A DNA stretch of 64,000 nucleotides. Source: Squalus acanthias (lineage: Eukaryota). The stretch's first letter is position 1; the number at the start of each line of letters is the position of its first letter. Under the pieces are notes generated by a model. It was given only the letters and a program-made list of their open reading frames with translations, was not told where the DNA came from and did not search any database. Made by a program: the position numbers and the translations under genes. Below are positions 1 to 13,009 of the stretch, piece after piece. The stretch is taken from assembly GCA_030390025.1 (NCBI GenBank), contig CM059432.1, positions 49,106,001 to 49,170,000 of the forward strand, in the 5' to 3' direction.

Positions 1-107
1 AAATAAATAAATGAGAGGTAATTTTGTTACTTCCAGTTCACAGAAGGAAGTCTTGCAATTACAATTGGAAAAATCATATGCTCAATTTTTTGATATGCAC
101 TGCTTGT

Positions 108-228
108 GGGTAATTTTGGATTTGGGTTATGGTGTAAAATAGACGATATCTCTCCCGATTATGTATAATGGGTTGCTGAATCGATATGACCTGTTTTATA
201 TTATCATCCATAGTCAAAATTACCCCCC
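108..228. mobile_element. Short degenerate MITE-like hairpin element
   Basis: GGGTAATTTTGGATTTGGG..TGTAAAATAGACGATATC is mirrored by GATATGACCTGTTTTATA..CCATAGTCAAAATTACCCCC. GGG/CCC termini resemble the Harbinger TIRs in this window. Confidence 0.5.
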
Positions 229-1276
229 TTTTGTGCAAGGCTCTCCATGGACGTGTGAAGTCAGAAAATTATTGGTATACTGCTGGCATCCACAGGCATC
301 TCGCTGGCAAAGAGGAGTTCAGTTTTAGGCTGCTGCATCACTGATAGTAGCCCTCAGGTAGGTCTTGGAGGGGGTAAACCGGGAGAGGGGTGAAGCAATC
401 GGTGGGGGGATGGGGGGCAACGATCGGGAGAGGGAGAGGACGATCATTAGGGGGCTGACAACTATCTTTGGTCCTACAGTGTGACTGGGAGGAGCCCTCC
501 TGCATCTCATGGCTCCACATTCAGGTAAGTATTTCTTTTTTAACTTACCTTTATGGCGGCAGCCTCCTGCGGTCCCTTTAAGGACTGCGTATAGACCACA
601 GTTTCCTGAATGCAGCTGGCCCAGCTAAAAGTCTCCTCTGTCTGCTAGTAGTAAGGGTCCTAAGTTAATGGATTTTGGCAGTCTGAATCCAGTTTCTAAT
701 GAGCATGTGACTAAGGCAGCAAACTGTCCTTGCATTACCATTCAAAAGTATTTAATTGGGTATAAAATGTTTTGGGACATACAGACATTATGAAAGATGT
801 TATATAAAAGTAAGTTCCGAGGAGGACTCCAACAAATTACAAGAAGACATTAATAAACTTGCAGAATTGGCATATAATTGGCAAATACATTTCAACACAG
901 ATAAGTATGAGGTATTACATTTTGGTAAGAAAAATAAGGAGGTCACATATTACTTGGAAAATAAGAATCTAAATGGGGTAGAGGAGCAATGAGATCTGGG
1001 AGTACAAATACACAAATCACTAAAAGTAGTGACGGAGGTTAATAAAGCCATACAAAAAACAAGCTTTAGGTTTATTTCTAAAGAGATTGAATTGAAAAGT
1101 AGGGAAGTTATGCTAAACTTGTACTAAACCTTGGTTAGACTACACTTGGAGTACTGTGTAACGTTCTGGTCATCATGTTATAAAAAGGATATCGAGGCAG
1201 TGGAGAGAGTGCAAAAATGATTTACAAGAATGATATCAGGAATGCGAGGTTATACCTATGAGGAAAGGATGAACAG

Positions 1277-1311
1277 GTTCTGATGAAGGGTCATCGACCT
1301 GAAACGTTAAC
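1277..1311 (+). ncRNA. Minimal type-I hammerhead ribozyme motif
   Basis: GTT-CTGATGA-A-GGGTC-ATC-GACCT-GAAA-CG-TT-AAC: conserved core, stem II, palindromic ACGT stem III, stem I GTT/AAC. Confidence 0.8.
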
Positions 1312-1378
1312 TCTGTTTCTCTCTCCACAGATGCTGCCTGACCTGCTGAGTATTTCCAGCATTTTCAGCTTTTATTTT
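1278..1378 (+). mobile_element. Penelope-like terminal repeat (pLTR) fragment, family 1
   Basis: Flanked by 9-bp direct repeat ATGAACAGG (1269-1277, 1379-1387). Homologous to 28229-28329, 28437-28567 and 54629-54682. Confidence 0.85.
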
Positions 1379-3016
1379 ATGAACAGGCTGAGTCTCTTTT
1401 CTCCTGAAAAGAGAAGGCTGAGGGGTGACCTAATAGAGGTCTTTAAAATTATGAAAGGTTTTGATAGAGTGGATACAGAGAGAATGTTTCCACTTGTGGG
1501 GAAGAGCAAAACTAGAAGCCATCAATATAAGATAGTCACCAAGAAATCCAATAGAGAATTCAGAAGAAACTTCTTTACCCAGAGAGTGGTGAGAATGTAG
1601 AACTCGCTACCACAGCGAGTAGTTGAGGTGAATAGTATAGATGCATTTAAGAGGAGGCTAAATAAGCAGATGAGGGAGAAGGGAATTGAGGGTTATGCTG
1701 ATAGAGTTAGATGAGAAAGGATGGTGGGAGGTGCGAGAGGAGCATAAACGCCGACATGGACTGGTTGGGCCAAATGGCCTGCTTCCGTGCCGCATATTCT
1801 ATGCAATTCTTTCTTCCTTTCTATTTCATACTAATTGGAAAACTCCTCAGTGAGATCGCAGAATGTCTGATGTGGGAAACGGGGAGAAAAAGTCATACTG
1901 GTGCAGTCAGGGGTGCTCTTATGAGGTTGGGGATGATGCATGTTGTTAGAGTAGAGCATCTGACTGTGCTATACGTGACTTGCCAGTACTTGGTGCTGAC
2001 ACTGGGTGGCTGAAATGAAAAGGTTCCATTCCCTAGATCTAATATCCCTCAGCTTGATGAGCACAAAATAAAAAGAAAAGAAAAATCCTTGGTACATTAG
2101 CACTGAACTGTTGCCCTGTAACACATCATATTACAGATAGAAAGTTATTATCTGTTGCTTTTTAACTTATTTCCTGTTAATTCACTAGCATATTATTGTT
2201 GGATAATAGACATCTAGGATTGTGTATGATTGTGTAGGATGACAACTGGGCATTTTAGTGATGACATCAAAAACACAAAGATAAAGTTAAGCCTATATCA
2301 GCATCACTTCCATCGCAAGATTAATTTTATGTTTGAAATATATTCCAGCCTCTATTGTATTGCATAAAGGTACAGTTCGAGGTCAGTTTTATTCTGTTTA
2401 CTGCACATTATTTGTTAGCTGGGAGCAGATGTCATGATAGATAGTGACTGATGGCAAGCTCCATCTACTGAATCATATGATTTGAACTGAAGTGTTATTG
2501 TGATTTGAGCTGAAGTAATGCCACATTTTATTTCACTGTTGTTACAGAGGAAGAACGCACCTTGCATACCTTGTATGTATTATAAGGCAACAGCTATTCA
2601 TATGACACTAAACTAAGCTGCAGCTTAAGTGGTCTATCACCAACATAGAGTCATAGGGGGAGAAATTCGGTATTGCCCCGTTTGGGGCACAATTATTGGC
2701 CGGGCGCAAAGTTTAGCACCTGGCGCAAATTATCGCCTCCAACTTCAAACTTGACTTCTATCGCCCCTGCAGGTGATTGGAGCGCTAAATTAGGTGCTAC
2801 ACACCTGTCTTAAGGCGCAAAGGCTGAGGAGCGAGGCGCTAACTTAGAGCGCGGGCGCAGCGCAGGTGATGTCAGTTAGCGATGGAACACAGACACACTG
2901 GCACTGGCCAGTTCTTAAAGGGGAGGGTCGATCTTGCTCTCCAGCCACACCCTGCTCATTGGAGCCTTGAATCTCGACCTGGAGAGACCTGTGATTACAT
3001 TTTCCAGCCAAGGACT

Positions 3017-4780
3017 ATGGAGAGGGTGAGAGAACGAGCTCAGTGCTTCAGCGAGTGGGCCTTGGAGGCTCTGGTTGGCGCGGTGGAGCGCAGAATATCT
3101 ATACTCTTCCTGAGAGTGGCAGGAGGCCTTTGCCGCGTGACTACAGAAGAGTGTGGAGGGAGGTGGCTCAGCACGTCTCCTCCAGGAGCATGGTGCCCAG
3201 GACCCATACTCAATGTCACAAAAAGTTCAACGACCTCACTTGGGTCGTCAGGGTGAGTGGATTTTTTTCAATACCTCTCCATCCCTCCATTTCAACCTCA
3301 CTCTATGGCCAGCGGGTCTTAAAACCCCAATGCCCAACACTCATCCAACACCTATGGCCCTCTCATGAAACACACACACACATTCCACACCTTGCATACA
3401 GTAAGGGCTATTCAACTATGGGAGGCACATCAGGCAAGACCATGGCTGTATATTTACTCAGACGCCGTCCTTTTTCTTACAGGCCAAGCTATCTCATAAC
3501 AGGAGACAGCAGCAATGGACGGGTGGAGGGCCGCCTCAGCTGCAACCCCTCAGCGATCTTGAGGCGTGCATCCACAGGATTGTGGCAAGCCAGGTGATCG
3601 GTCCTGTCGCCCCTGGAGAGGCCGACTCCGTTCGGGACAGCAATGGTAAGGTCATCAGCTTTCTCTCCTCTCTCATTCCACTTGTCGCTCACAACACCTG
3701 CCTTTGACACTTTCAATCCAACTTACTAAATCGCTGCACTCCTTCCTCCCTTACTGCCCCCCTGTCCTCACGCTAAAGCCACTCTTGTACCTCCCTGCTT
3801 TCAGATGGTGATTCACCAGCTGAGGAGGCGGGCCCGCAAGCTGCCAGTGGGAGTGAAGCTGCAGCCGAGGAGGAAGATGAAGCCAGAGCATCAGCGCCAC
3901 CCTCTCCCGAGGAAGCCCATGCCCACACTCGGACCACGTCTTCCCTGGAGGGGAGCAGGGGGGAAGGGTCTGATGAGGGTGAAGCTCCGGGACCCAGCGG
4001 ACTGCATCAACGCGATGTGGCTAGGGAAGCTCGGGGACCTTCTCCCCGGAGGGAGAGTAGGCCAGTGAGTCCTGCTGCACTGGATGCAGAGGAGGAGCGG
4101 CTCATCGCTGAAATGAACACCCAAGTGGTGGACATGCACACTGCGCTCATGGGTGCAGTGGGAAGGGTGCCCGAATGCATTGATGTACTGTCAAGGAGTG
4201 TGGAGCACTTCGCTGTAGCACAGGCGGATGCCACGCTAATGCTTAGTGCTGCAATTCAGTCACTGGCTGTCGTGATCCAATCTCAGACTGCTCTCATGCA
4301 GACTCAGATTGAGGTCACGCAAGCACTGACTGCTGCCATTCTCGCTGGTTCGGACACATTTCCCAGGGGCTCTCACGCGCCGCAGCAGGCCAGCAATCTG
4401 TGCTCCAGCAGATTGCACCGGATGCTGAGGTGCTGCCCCGTGGGAGTGCCAGTGTGTCGGTCGAGCAGGGAGTTGCTGTCCTCTCTCAAGATGACAGCAT
4501 TCCGGCTGCCACCACTGTCACTTCCCCATTGCACTTGCCACCACCTGTAGCCCAGACTGCTACCGCCCATGCAGAGTTGGTGCAGTCTGCAGCCAGGCCC
4601 TCTAGGCCCAGAGCTGGTCGAGGCCGTCCTTCAAGGGCATCTGTAGTCTCAGGTTCTGACAATCAGCAGCCTTCCACCAGCCTTGCTGCAGCCACTGGGG
4701 CCCCACTACGGAGGAGCAGTAGGGTGGGAAGGGGTAAAGTGCGCAAGGGAAGGAGATCACCCTCGAAGGGCAAAAAGTAG
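3017..4780 (+). pseudogene. Harbinger Myb/SANT-like DNA-binding gene, 3 exons (3017-3252, 3483-3645, 3805-4780), frameshifted
   Basis: MERVRERAQCFSEWALEALVGAV..VWREVAQHVSSRS..RTHTQCHKKFNDL; exon 2 AKLSHNRR..TGGG. GT-AG sites (AGG|GTGAGT, TTACAG|, ATG|GTAAG, TTTCAG|) are conserved in copy B. Confidence 0.8.
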
Positions 4781-5092
4781 GAGGTGTAACGAAATGTTGT
4801 TAAATTTTTTATTAAAGGCCGAGGTTCGTGTTCAAACTTTTGTTTAGTGTTTTGGACATTATCTCCAGGTTGTGAGAAACAGTAATGTGAATGAATGATT
4901 TTTTTGTGTTTGTTTCTATTAGTTTGTCATGAAGAAATGACACACACAGAGTTTGTAAAATAAAAAAGTTTTTGTATTCAAAATGTACAGGTTTGGCCTT
5001 TGGAATCATTGCTGCCTTGGCCGGCTTTGGGGTTGTGGGTTGCTTTCATTCATGTTGTTCTCCATGCCAGAAGCCATTTCCTCAGTAGGGGC

Positions 5093-6241
5093 CTAGAAGC
5101 GGCTTGTTATCAGCCGTTGACGGACGGCCCTTGCAGTTTCAACATTGTGGGCCTCCCTCCCACCTTGGTGCTGCTGCTGATCATCCTCCTCCTCTTCCTC
5201 CTCCTCCTCCGGTGGTGCTCCAAGGCCTGGTGGCATTGGCTGGGTCCTGAGGATTGCCAGGTTATGCAGCATGCAGCACACAACTATGAAGAGGGAGACT
5301 TGCTCAGGCGAGTACTGCAGGGCTCCTCCTGAGTAGTCCAGACAGTGGAACCGTTGCTTGAGCACGCCGATCGTCTGCTCAACGATGTTCCTGGTGGTGA
5401 GATGGCTCTCATTGTACGACAGCTCAGCAGGGGTGTTGGGGTTACGGAGCGGTGTCATCAGCCAGGTGCAGAGTGGATAACCTTTGTCCCCGAGGAGCCA
5501 ACCACTTGGCTGATGCGGTGCCTGGAAAAGTTCTGGCACAGCAGTCTGGCGCAGGATGAAAGCATCGTGGCTGCTGCCAGGATAGCGGGCATTGACAGCG
5601 AGTATCAGCTGTCTGTGGTCACAGACCAACTGGACATTTAAGGAGTGGAACCCCTTGTGGTTTCGGAAAACCTCTGCATTCTCATGCGGTGCCCGCAATG
5701 CCACACGCGTGCAGTCAATGGTGCCCTGCATCATGGGGAAGCCCGCTATCCTCGCAACGCCCAATGCGCGTTCATGCTATTTGGCCCGGGTCATCGGAAA
5801 AGAGATGTACTGGCGTCTCCTTTTATAGAGGGCATTTGTGACCTGACGGATACAGCAATGGTCAGCGAACTGGGAGATATTGGCGATGTCCCCAGTAGCT
5901 GCTTGAAAGGAGCCGGTGGCATAAAAGTTCAGAGCCACTGTGACCTTCACTGCCACCGACAGAGACGTCCTGGTCCTCAGTTGAGGCTGCAGATCTGGCT
6001 GCAGCAGGTGGCAGAGCTCAGTGATCACCTCCTTGCTGAAGCGCAGCCTGCGCAAACACTGCTCCTCAGACAAATTAATGTAGGAGAATTGTTCCCGGAA
6101 TACCCTGGGAGGGTAAGGTCTCCTGTGCAGAGGCCTGTTGGCCCTCCTCCGTCTGGCCATGATTGCCATTCTCTCTCTGCGTCTCTGTTGCCTCTGATTC
6201 TGCAGGCGCAGGACGATGCCCCGAATCAGTGCAGCCCCCAT
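5093..6241 (-). pseudogene. Harbinger (HARBI1-like) DDE transposase with one premature stop
   Basis: Motifs GTIDCTRV, SLNVQLVCD, YPGSSHDAFI, LLGDKGYP, RNIVEQTIGVLKQRF. ORFs 5777-6529 and 5093-5764 are in the same frame, split by TAG at 5779-5777. Confidence 0.9.
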
Positions 6242-8225
6242 TGTCTCTTGGCAATCGAAGTAATGAAGGTCAAATCCAAAAGTACCTTCAAAGTGATGCT
6301 CAGTAGCCAAAACTACTTCACACAGCGTTGACTCTATGCAGAAGTCTCTCTTTCTATCTCTCAGAATCTCTTTCTCTGTCAGAATGAGTGGTGCAAAAAT
6401 GTCTACCACAGAAAAAGCCAGGAAGAGGCCGCCTTTAAATAGCGCCCCCCCCCAGCCCCTCACCGACTGGGAAACGTTCCAGTCTCCCTGTCCTTGCTTG
6501 CGCCAGGCGGAAAGGAGGTGGGGCGCCACTCAATATCTGGGCCAGGGCGCCAACAGGGCGTTGCATGCTCGACTGATGTTACGATCTACGGCCGCAGGAG
6601 ATCGGGGCGGTAAACTGTTGCGACACCGTAAAAACTCTAGTCAATTTCGCGAGTTGCGCAAACATCACCGCGCACGGGCGCTAATTGCTTTGCGCCCCAT
6701 TAGCGCCCTTGCGCTAACAGGAGGCACAAGCCAATCGAATTTTTCCCCATAGAGTCATAACGGCACAGAAGGAGGCCATTCGGCTCAACGAGTCCGTGCC
6801 GGCTCTCTGTAGAGAAATCCAGTCAGACCCATTCCCCGCTCTATCCCCGTAGCCCTGCAAGTTAATTTCCCTCAAGTGCCTATCCAGTCTCCCCTTGAAA
6901 ACATTGAGTGTCTCTGCTTCCACCACTTCCGTCGGCAGCGAGTTCCAGGTCATCACCACACGCTGCGTAAAAAAGTTTTTCCTCACGTCCCCCCTGTATC
7001 TCTTGCCCAAAACCTTCAATCTGTGTCCCCTAGTCCTTGTACCATCAACTAGTGGGAACAGCCTTTCCCCGTCTAGCCTATCCAAACCCGTCATAATCTT
7101 GTACACCTCTATCAAATCACCCCTCAACCTCCTTTGCTCTAATGAAAACAAATCCAGCTTCTCCAACCTGTCCTTGTAGCTAAGATCCCCCATCCCCGGA
7201 ACCATTCTGGCAAATCTGCTCTGCACCCTCTCAAGGGCCTTCACATCCTTCCTAAAGTGTGGTGACCAGAACTGGATGCAATACTCCAGTTGTGGCCTAA
7301 CCAGCGCTTTATAAAGGTTCAGCATAACTTCTCTACTTTTGTACTCAGTACCTCTATTTATGAAGCCCAAGATCCCATATGCTTTGTTAACCAGTCTCTC
7401 AATATGTCCTGCCACCTTCAGGGATCTATGCACATTAACTCCCAGGTCCCTCTGTCCCTGTACACTCTTTAAAACTGTGCCATTAAGTGTATATTGCCTC
7501 TCCCTGTTCCTTCTGCCAAAATGCATCACCTCACACTTCTTTGTATTAAATTCCATCTGCCACTTGTCTGCCCATTCTGCTAGCCTTTCTATGTCCTGTT
7601 GCAGTCGATTGGTATCATCCTCAGTTTGCCACACCCCCAAGTTTGGTGTCATCGGCAAATTTAGAAATTCTACTCTGTATTCCAATATCCAGGTCATTTA
7701 TATCTATCAAAAAAAGCAGTGGCCCCAGCACTGACTCTTGGGAAACACCACTGTCTACCATCCTCCAGTCTGAAAAACAGCCATTTACCACAACTCGCTG
7801 TTTTCTGTCCTTAAGCCAATTCCTTGTCCAAGCTGCCACTGACCCAGCTATTCCATGAACCTCAATTTTGTTAAACAGCCTTCTATGTGGTACTTTGTCA
7901 AATGCCTTCCTAAAATCCATGTAGACAACATCCATTGCATTCCCTTCATCAATTCTCCCTGTTACTTCATCAAAAAATTCAATTTGTCAAACATGATCTG
8001 CCTTTTACAAATCCGTGTTGGCTCTCCTTAATTAGCTTAAACCTCTCCAAGTGCCCGTTAATTTTTTCCTTGATTTTTGTTTCTAAAACTTTACCCACCA
8101 CTGATGTTAAACTGACTGGCCTGTAGTTACTAGGATTGTCCTTACACACTTTCTTGAACAATGGTGTCACATTTGCCACTTTCCAATCCTCAGGCACCTC
8201 CCCCGCATCTAGGGAAGATTGGAAA

Positions 8226-9545
8226 ATCTACATCCTAGGGTACTTAAGGAAGTGGCCCTAGAAATAGTAGATACATTGCTGGTCATCTTCCAAAATTCTA
8301 TAGACTCTGGAACAGTTCCCATGGATTGGAGGGTAGCTAATGTAACCCCACTATTTAAAAAATGTGGTAGAGAGAAAACGGGGAATTATAAGCCTGACAT
8401 CGGTAGTGGAGAAAATGCTAGAGTCCATTATAAAAGATGTAATAGCAGAGCACTTGGAAAACAGTGACAGGATCGGATAAAGTCAACATGGATTTACAAA
8501 AGGTAAATCATGCTTGACTAATTTACTAGAATTTTTTGAGGATGTAACTGGTAGAATAGATAAGGGAGAACCAGTGGATGTGGTGTATTTGGACTTTCAG
8601 AAGGCTTTCGATAAGGTCCTGCATAAGAAATTAGCGTGCAAAGTTAAAGCACATGGGATTGGGGGTAAGGTACTGACTTGGATAGAAAACTGGTTGGCAG
8701 ACAAGAAGCAAAGAGTTGGAATAAACGGGTCTTTTTCTGAGTGGCAGGCAGTGACTAGTGGGGTACCGCAGGGATCGGTGCTAGGACCCCAGCTATTCAC
8801 AATATATATTAATGATCTAGACGAGGGAACTAGATGTAATATCTCCAAGTTTGCAGACGACACAAAGCTGGGTGGGCGTGTGTGCTGTGAGGAGGATGCA
8901 GAGAAATTCCAGTATGATTTGGACAGGTTGGGTGATTGGGCAGATGCATGGCAGATGCAATATAATGTGGATAAATGCGAGGTTATCCACTTTGGTGGCA
9001 AAAACAGGAAGGCAGATTATTATCTGAACGGCAATAGATTGGGAAAGGGGGAAGTGCAACGAGACCTGGGTGTCCTTGTGCACCAGTCGCTGAAGGTAAG
9101 CAATCAGGTGCAGCAGGCGGTTAAGAAGGCAAATGGTATGTTGGCCTACATAGCGAGAGGATTCGAGATCAGGAGCAAGGATGTCTTGCTGCAGTTGTAC
9201 AGGGCCTTGGTGAGACCACATCTTGAGTATTTTGTGCAGTTTTGGTCGCCTTATCTGAGGAAGGATGTTCTTGCCATGGAGGGACTGCAGCGAAGATTCA
9301 CCAGACTGATACCTGAGAGTGGTGAACCTGTGGAATTCTCTACCACAGAAGGCAGTTGAGGCCAATTCATTAAATATATTCAAGAAGGAGTTAGATATAT
9401 TTCTTAAGGCTAAGGGGATCAAGGGATATGGGGAGAAAGCAGGGACAGGGTACTGAATTTGGATGATCAGCCATGATCGCATTGAATGGCGGAGCAGGCT
9501 CGAGGGCCGAATGGCCTACTCCTGCTCCTATCTTCTATGTTTCTA
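8226..9545 (+). mobile_element. CR1 RT/3' fragment nested antisense in the larger CR1, with an internal deletion near 9313
   Basis: 281-aa ORF with [32 protein letters not shown]; tail TTCTATGTTTCTA. Confidence 0.92.
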
Positions 9546-10325
9546 CCTTTTCCACTTCTACTGATATTTTGTTAGCATCCACCTCCTTCGTAAACACCGA
9601 TACAATGTACTAATTGAGTATTCTAGCCTTGCCCTGCGCCTCTAAGCATATATCACCTTCTTTGTCCCTAATAGGCCCCACCTCGCCTCTTACTACCCGC
9701 TTACTATTTACATGCCGTTGAAGATTTTTGGGTTCCCTTTTATGTTAATTGCCATTCTACTCTCATATTCTCTCTGCCAATCTTATTTTCATCTTCACTT
9801 CCCCTCTCAACTTATTGTATTTGGTCTGGTTCTCCCTTGAAGAATTCACCTGACATGCATCATACATCCTCTTTTTTTGTTTCATTTTCTTCTCTATTTC
9901 CCTCGTCATACAAGGAGCCCTTGCTTTGGTTTCCTTACCCTTCCCTCTTGTTGGAATGTACTTAACCTGTACTTGGAACATCTCCTCCTTAAAGATCACC
10001 CATTGTTTCATTACACTTTTTCCTGTCAGTCTTTGGTTCCATTTTACCCTGGCTAGATCCTTTCTCATCCCATTGAAGTTAGCCCTATTCCAGTTTAGAA
10101 GTTCCACTCCAGATTGTTCCTTGCTCCTCTCCATTGCTAATCTAAATCTTATGATACGATGATCACTCGTACCCAAGTGTTCTCCCACAAACACTTGGTC
10201 GACCTGGCCCACCTCATTCCCCAGCACGAGATCCAGCAATGCCTTCTTCCTAGTTGGGCCAAGAACATACTGGTCAAGGAAATTCTCCTGAACACATTTC
10301 AGAAATTCCTCCCCCTGCTATGGCT

Positions 10326-10450
10326 ATATAAACTTGCAGGGCTACGGGGATAGAGCGGGGAATGGGACTGACTGGTTTGCTCTGCAGAGAGCCGGCGCAG
10401 ACTCGATGGGCTGAATGGCCTCCTTCTGTGCCGTTATGACTCTATGACTC
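10326..10450 (+). mobile_element. CR1 3'-end fragment, same subfamily as its host, inserted antisense
   Basis: Close reverse complement of about 6749-6865; tail TATGACTCTATGACTC. Confidence 0.85.
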
Positions 10451-10701
10451 CTTTCCCTTTACCCTAGCATTATCCAAATCGATATTTGGGTAATTAAAGT
10501 CCCCCAATATCACCACTCTATAGCTCTTGCATATCTCTGCATTTTCCCTGCAGATTTGCTCCTCTATCTCCCTCTGGCTATTTGGAGGCCTATAGAATAC
10601 TCTCAATAGCATGATCATACCCTTTTTGCTCCTCAACTTTTTAACCAAATGGATTCTGTCCTTGTCCCCTCAAGAACATCCTCCCTTTCCAACACTACAA
10701 T

Positions 10702-10969
10702 GGGCTGGATTTTGATACTGGGGCGGGTTGGGGTCGTGTCATCCACTTTTCGTGTTATCCACCCGACTGCAATTGGATGTGGGAGATTGATGCGATTTTC
10801 ACCTAATTGGGCAATTGAGTTCCAGCATGTGTGAACCCATGAACCAATTAGTGTTTTCAGTCTGAAAGTCGCCTCTGATGATGTCATCATTGCTGCTGCA
10901 TTGAATGTCTTCAGAGACTGCCTGGCCTTTGCTGTGAGAGGACCTGGATGCAAAATGAGTAGCAGCAGC

Positions 10970-11006
<37 letters not shown>

Positions 11007-11713
11007 AAGGCAAAATGAGCAGCAGCAGCCCTAGGTCTGCTCCCAGATATTTTTCCTCCTACTACTACTACTCCATTCTAATAGTTGACCTGCAGCTGAT
11101 AGTCAGCTTTTGAAATGTGTTACCGCCAGGTTTCACATTCGTGGTTCAGAACAGGCGTACTTCACATAGAACATGGGTTAAAATCACAAAGGCCTTTCAA
11201 AATGGAATTATACAGCCAATTTAGTGCTTGTTAAGGGCCTTAACAGCCTATCCCGCCTCTTAAAGGCGGGATGGAGTCAGGACCAGCAGACACGATTTAA
11301 TGAAAATTGCGTGGAGGCGGACTTGTGCCCACCCGCCAGTTTTCACAATTTTAACCCCCCACACGCCTCTAAACCCACCTCCACGGGTCACACAGAATCA
11401 CAACAGTGCAGATAGAGGCCATTTCGGCCCATCGAGCCTGCACCGACACATATCCCACCCTATCCCCGTAACCCCACGTATTTAATCCCCCCTAACACTA
11501 AGGGTCAATTTATCATAGCCAAATCAACCTAACCCACACATCTTTGGACTGTGGGAGGAAACCGGAGCACCCGGAGGAAACCCACGCAAACACAGGGAGA
11601 ATGTGCAAACTTCACACAGACAGTCACCCGTGGCCGGATTCGAACCCGGGTCCCTGGCGCTGTGAGGCAACAGTGCTAACCACTATGCCACCGGGTCAAT
11701 GAAAATCCAGCCC
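10702..11713. mobile_element. Non-autonomous Harbinger-type MITE inserted in the CR1 endonuclease region
   Basis: TIR GGGCTGGATTTT / AAAATCCAGCCC, TSD AAT on both sides. Host frame LLKEDI|VVLEREDV resumes across it. Internal (GA)n at 10972-11002. Confidence 0.9.
11391..11691 (-). mobile_element. tRNA-derived V-SINE (HE1-like)
   Basis: Minus-strand A box TGGCATAGTGG, B box GGTTCGAATCC, V-domain GGGTTTCCTCCGGGTGCTCCGGTTTCCTCCCACA, CR1-like tail; TSD CGGGTCA. Confidence 0.9.
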
Positions 11714-12098
11714 AATATCTTCCTTTAACAGCACTGCCACCACACCTCCTTTTTTTCCTTCCCTATCTTTTCTGAACACCTTGTACCCTTGAATATTAAG
11801 TGCCCAGTCCTCACCGTTTTTAAGCCACGTTTCTGTTATTGCCACAACATCATATTGCCACGCGGCTAATTGTGCTTGTAGCTCACCAACCTTACTCCCT
11901 GCACTTTGTGCATTTACGTACATGCATTCTAAACCCATTTTTGAATTTTTCGTAGTCTTTCTTAGTCTGCTCCTATCTAATATGGTACTACTTCTGCGTC
12001 TAGTACTACTTCTCTAGTACTATCCAACACACTCACTCTTTTATGCACCTTATTCCTCTTTTCTACTCCTATATGCTGGTGCCCATCCCCCTGCCAAG

Positions 12099-12632
12099 CT
12101 AGTTTAAACCTTCCCCAATAGCACTAGCAAACCTCCCCGCGAGAATATTGGTCCTGGCTCTGTTGAGGTTTAACGAGTCTGGCTTGTACAGGTCCCACCT
12201 TCCCCAGAAATGGTCCCAATGCCTCAGGAATCTAAAGCCCTCCCTCCTGCACCATCTCTCCAGCCATGCATTCATCTGTTCTATCCTCCTATTCCTGTAC
12301 TCACTAGCATGTGGCATCGGGAGTAATCCGGAGATTACTACCTTTGACGTCCTGCTTTTTCATCTCTCTCCTAGCTCCCTAAACTCTGCCTGCAGAACCC
12401 CATCCCTTTTTCTGCCTATGTCGTTGGTACCGATATAGACAATGACCTCTGGCTGTTCACCCTCCCCCCTCAGAGTGTCCTGCAGCCGCTCAGTGACATC
12501 CTTGACCCTGTCACCAGGGAGGCAACATACCATCCTGGAGTCACGTCTGTGGCTGCAGAAACGCCTGTCTGCTCCCCTATCGAATCCCCTACCACTATTG
12601 CTCTTCCATTCTTTTTCGTCCCCAATGCGCAT
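12099..12632 (-). pseudogene. CR1 ORF1 SGNH/GDSL esterase domain remnant
   Basis: VCCLPGDRVKDV, YIGTNDIGR, WDLYKPDSLNLN, located upstream of ORF2. Confidence 0.8.
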
Positions 12633-13009
12633 CTGACACTAATATGCATTCTGCTGAAATATACCTATTCTATATTCTTAATAATGTATTCTATGTATTC
12701 TTAATATTCCATATTATAAATGGTATATTAAAACTTAGTGGAAGGAGTATGGACATAATTGGGATGAGCAATGCCAGCACTCACAATTTTGTTAACAATT
12801 TTGTGATTTTTGCTCTATTTTAATGCCTGTGTTTTACTGGGACAGAGGCAATTTTTTTCTCTCTCTCTATTCCTTCCATCTCTGTGAATTGCACGTATTA
12901 AAACATTAGTCCAAAATCAATTGTTAACAACATTGTGAGCACCAGCAATACTGCGAAGTTGACAAAGCTAAAAAAGGAGCAAATGAATAGTAACCACTAA
13001 TATAGAGAA

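Larger units (their letters stand above)
812..1808 (+). mobile_element. CR1 LINE 3' fragment (decayed RT C-terminus and 3' UTR)
   Basis: Peptides KLQEDINKLAELAYNWQIHFNTDK and RRLRGDLIEVFKIMKGFDRVD..FFTQRVV; CR1-type 3' end (GGGCCAAATGGCCT..TTCTATG). Split by an insertion at 1278-1378. Confidence 0.9.
2656..6748. mobile_element. PIF/Harbinger DNA transposon, near full length (copy A)
   Basis: TIRs GGGGGAGAAATTCGG / TCGAATTTTTCCCC, apparent 3-bp TSD ATA, convergent Myb/SANT gene (+) and DDE transposase (-). Confidence 0.93.
6749..12635 (-). mobile_element. Long CR1 LINE (ORF1 esterase, ORF2 APE-RT) interrupted by nested insertions
   Basis: ORF1 remnants, APE (YVNAQS..VAITETWL, ILGDFNYP, LDLVL..GTSDH), RT ([22 protein letters not shown]) and a (TATGACTC)n tail. 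Whether 6749-8225 and 9546-12635 are one copy is inferred. Confidence 0.85.

Noticed and set aside
5093..6241. Host HARBI1 or NAIF1 gene
   Set aside because: It lies within TIRs, has a premature stop and has multiple decayed paralogues nearby, so it is a transposon rather than the domesticated gene.
5645..6331. Long antisense ORFs over transposase, CR1 and Penelope sequences
   Set aside because: These are shadow frames of TE coding regions with no independent motifs.
11620..11692. tRNA gene (also at about 61620-61690 and 26330-26399)
   Set aside because: The A/B boxes are SINE heads continuous with V or Deu domains and LINE-like tails.
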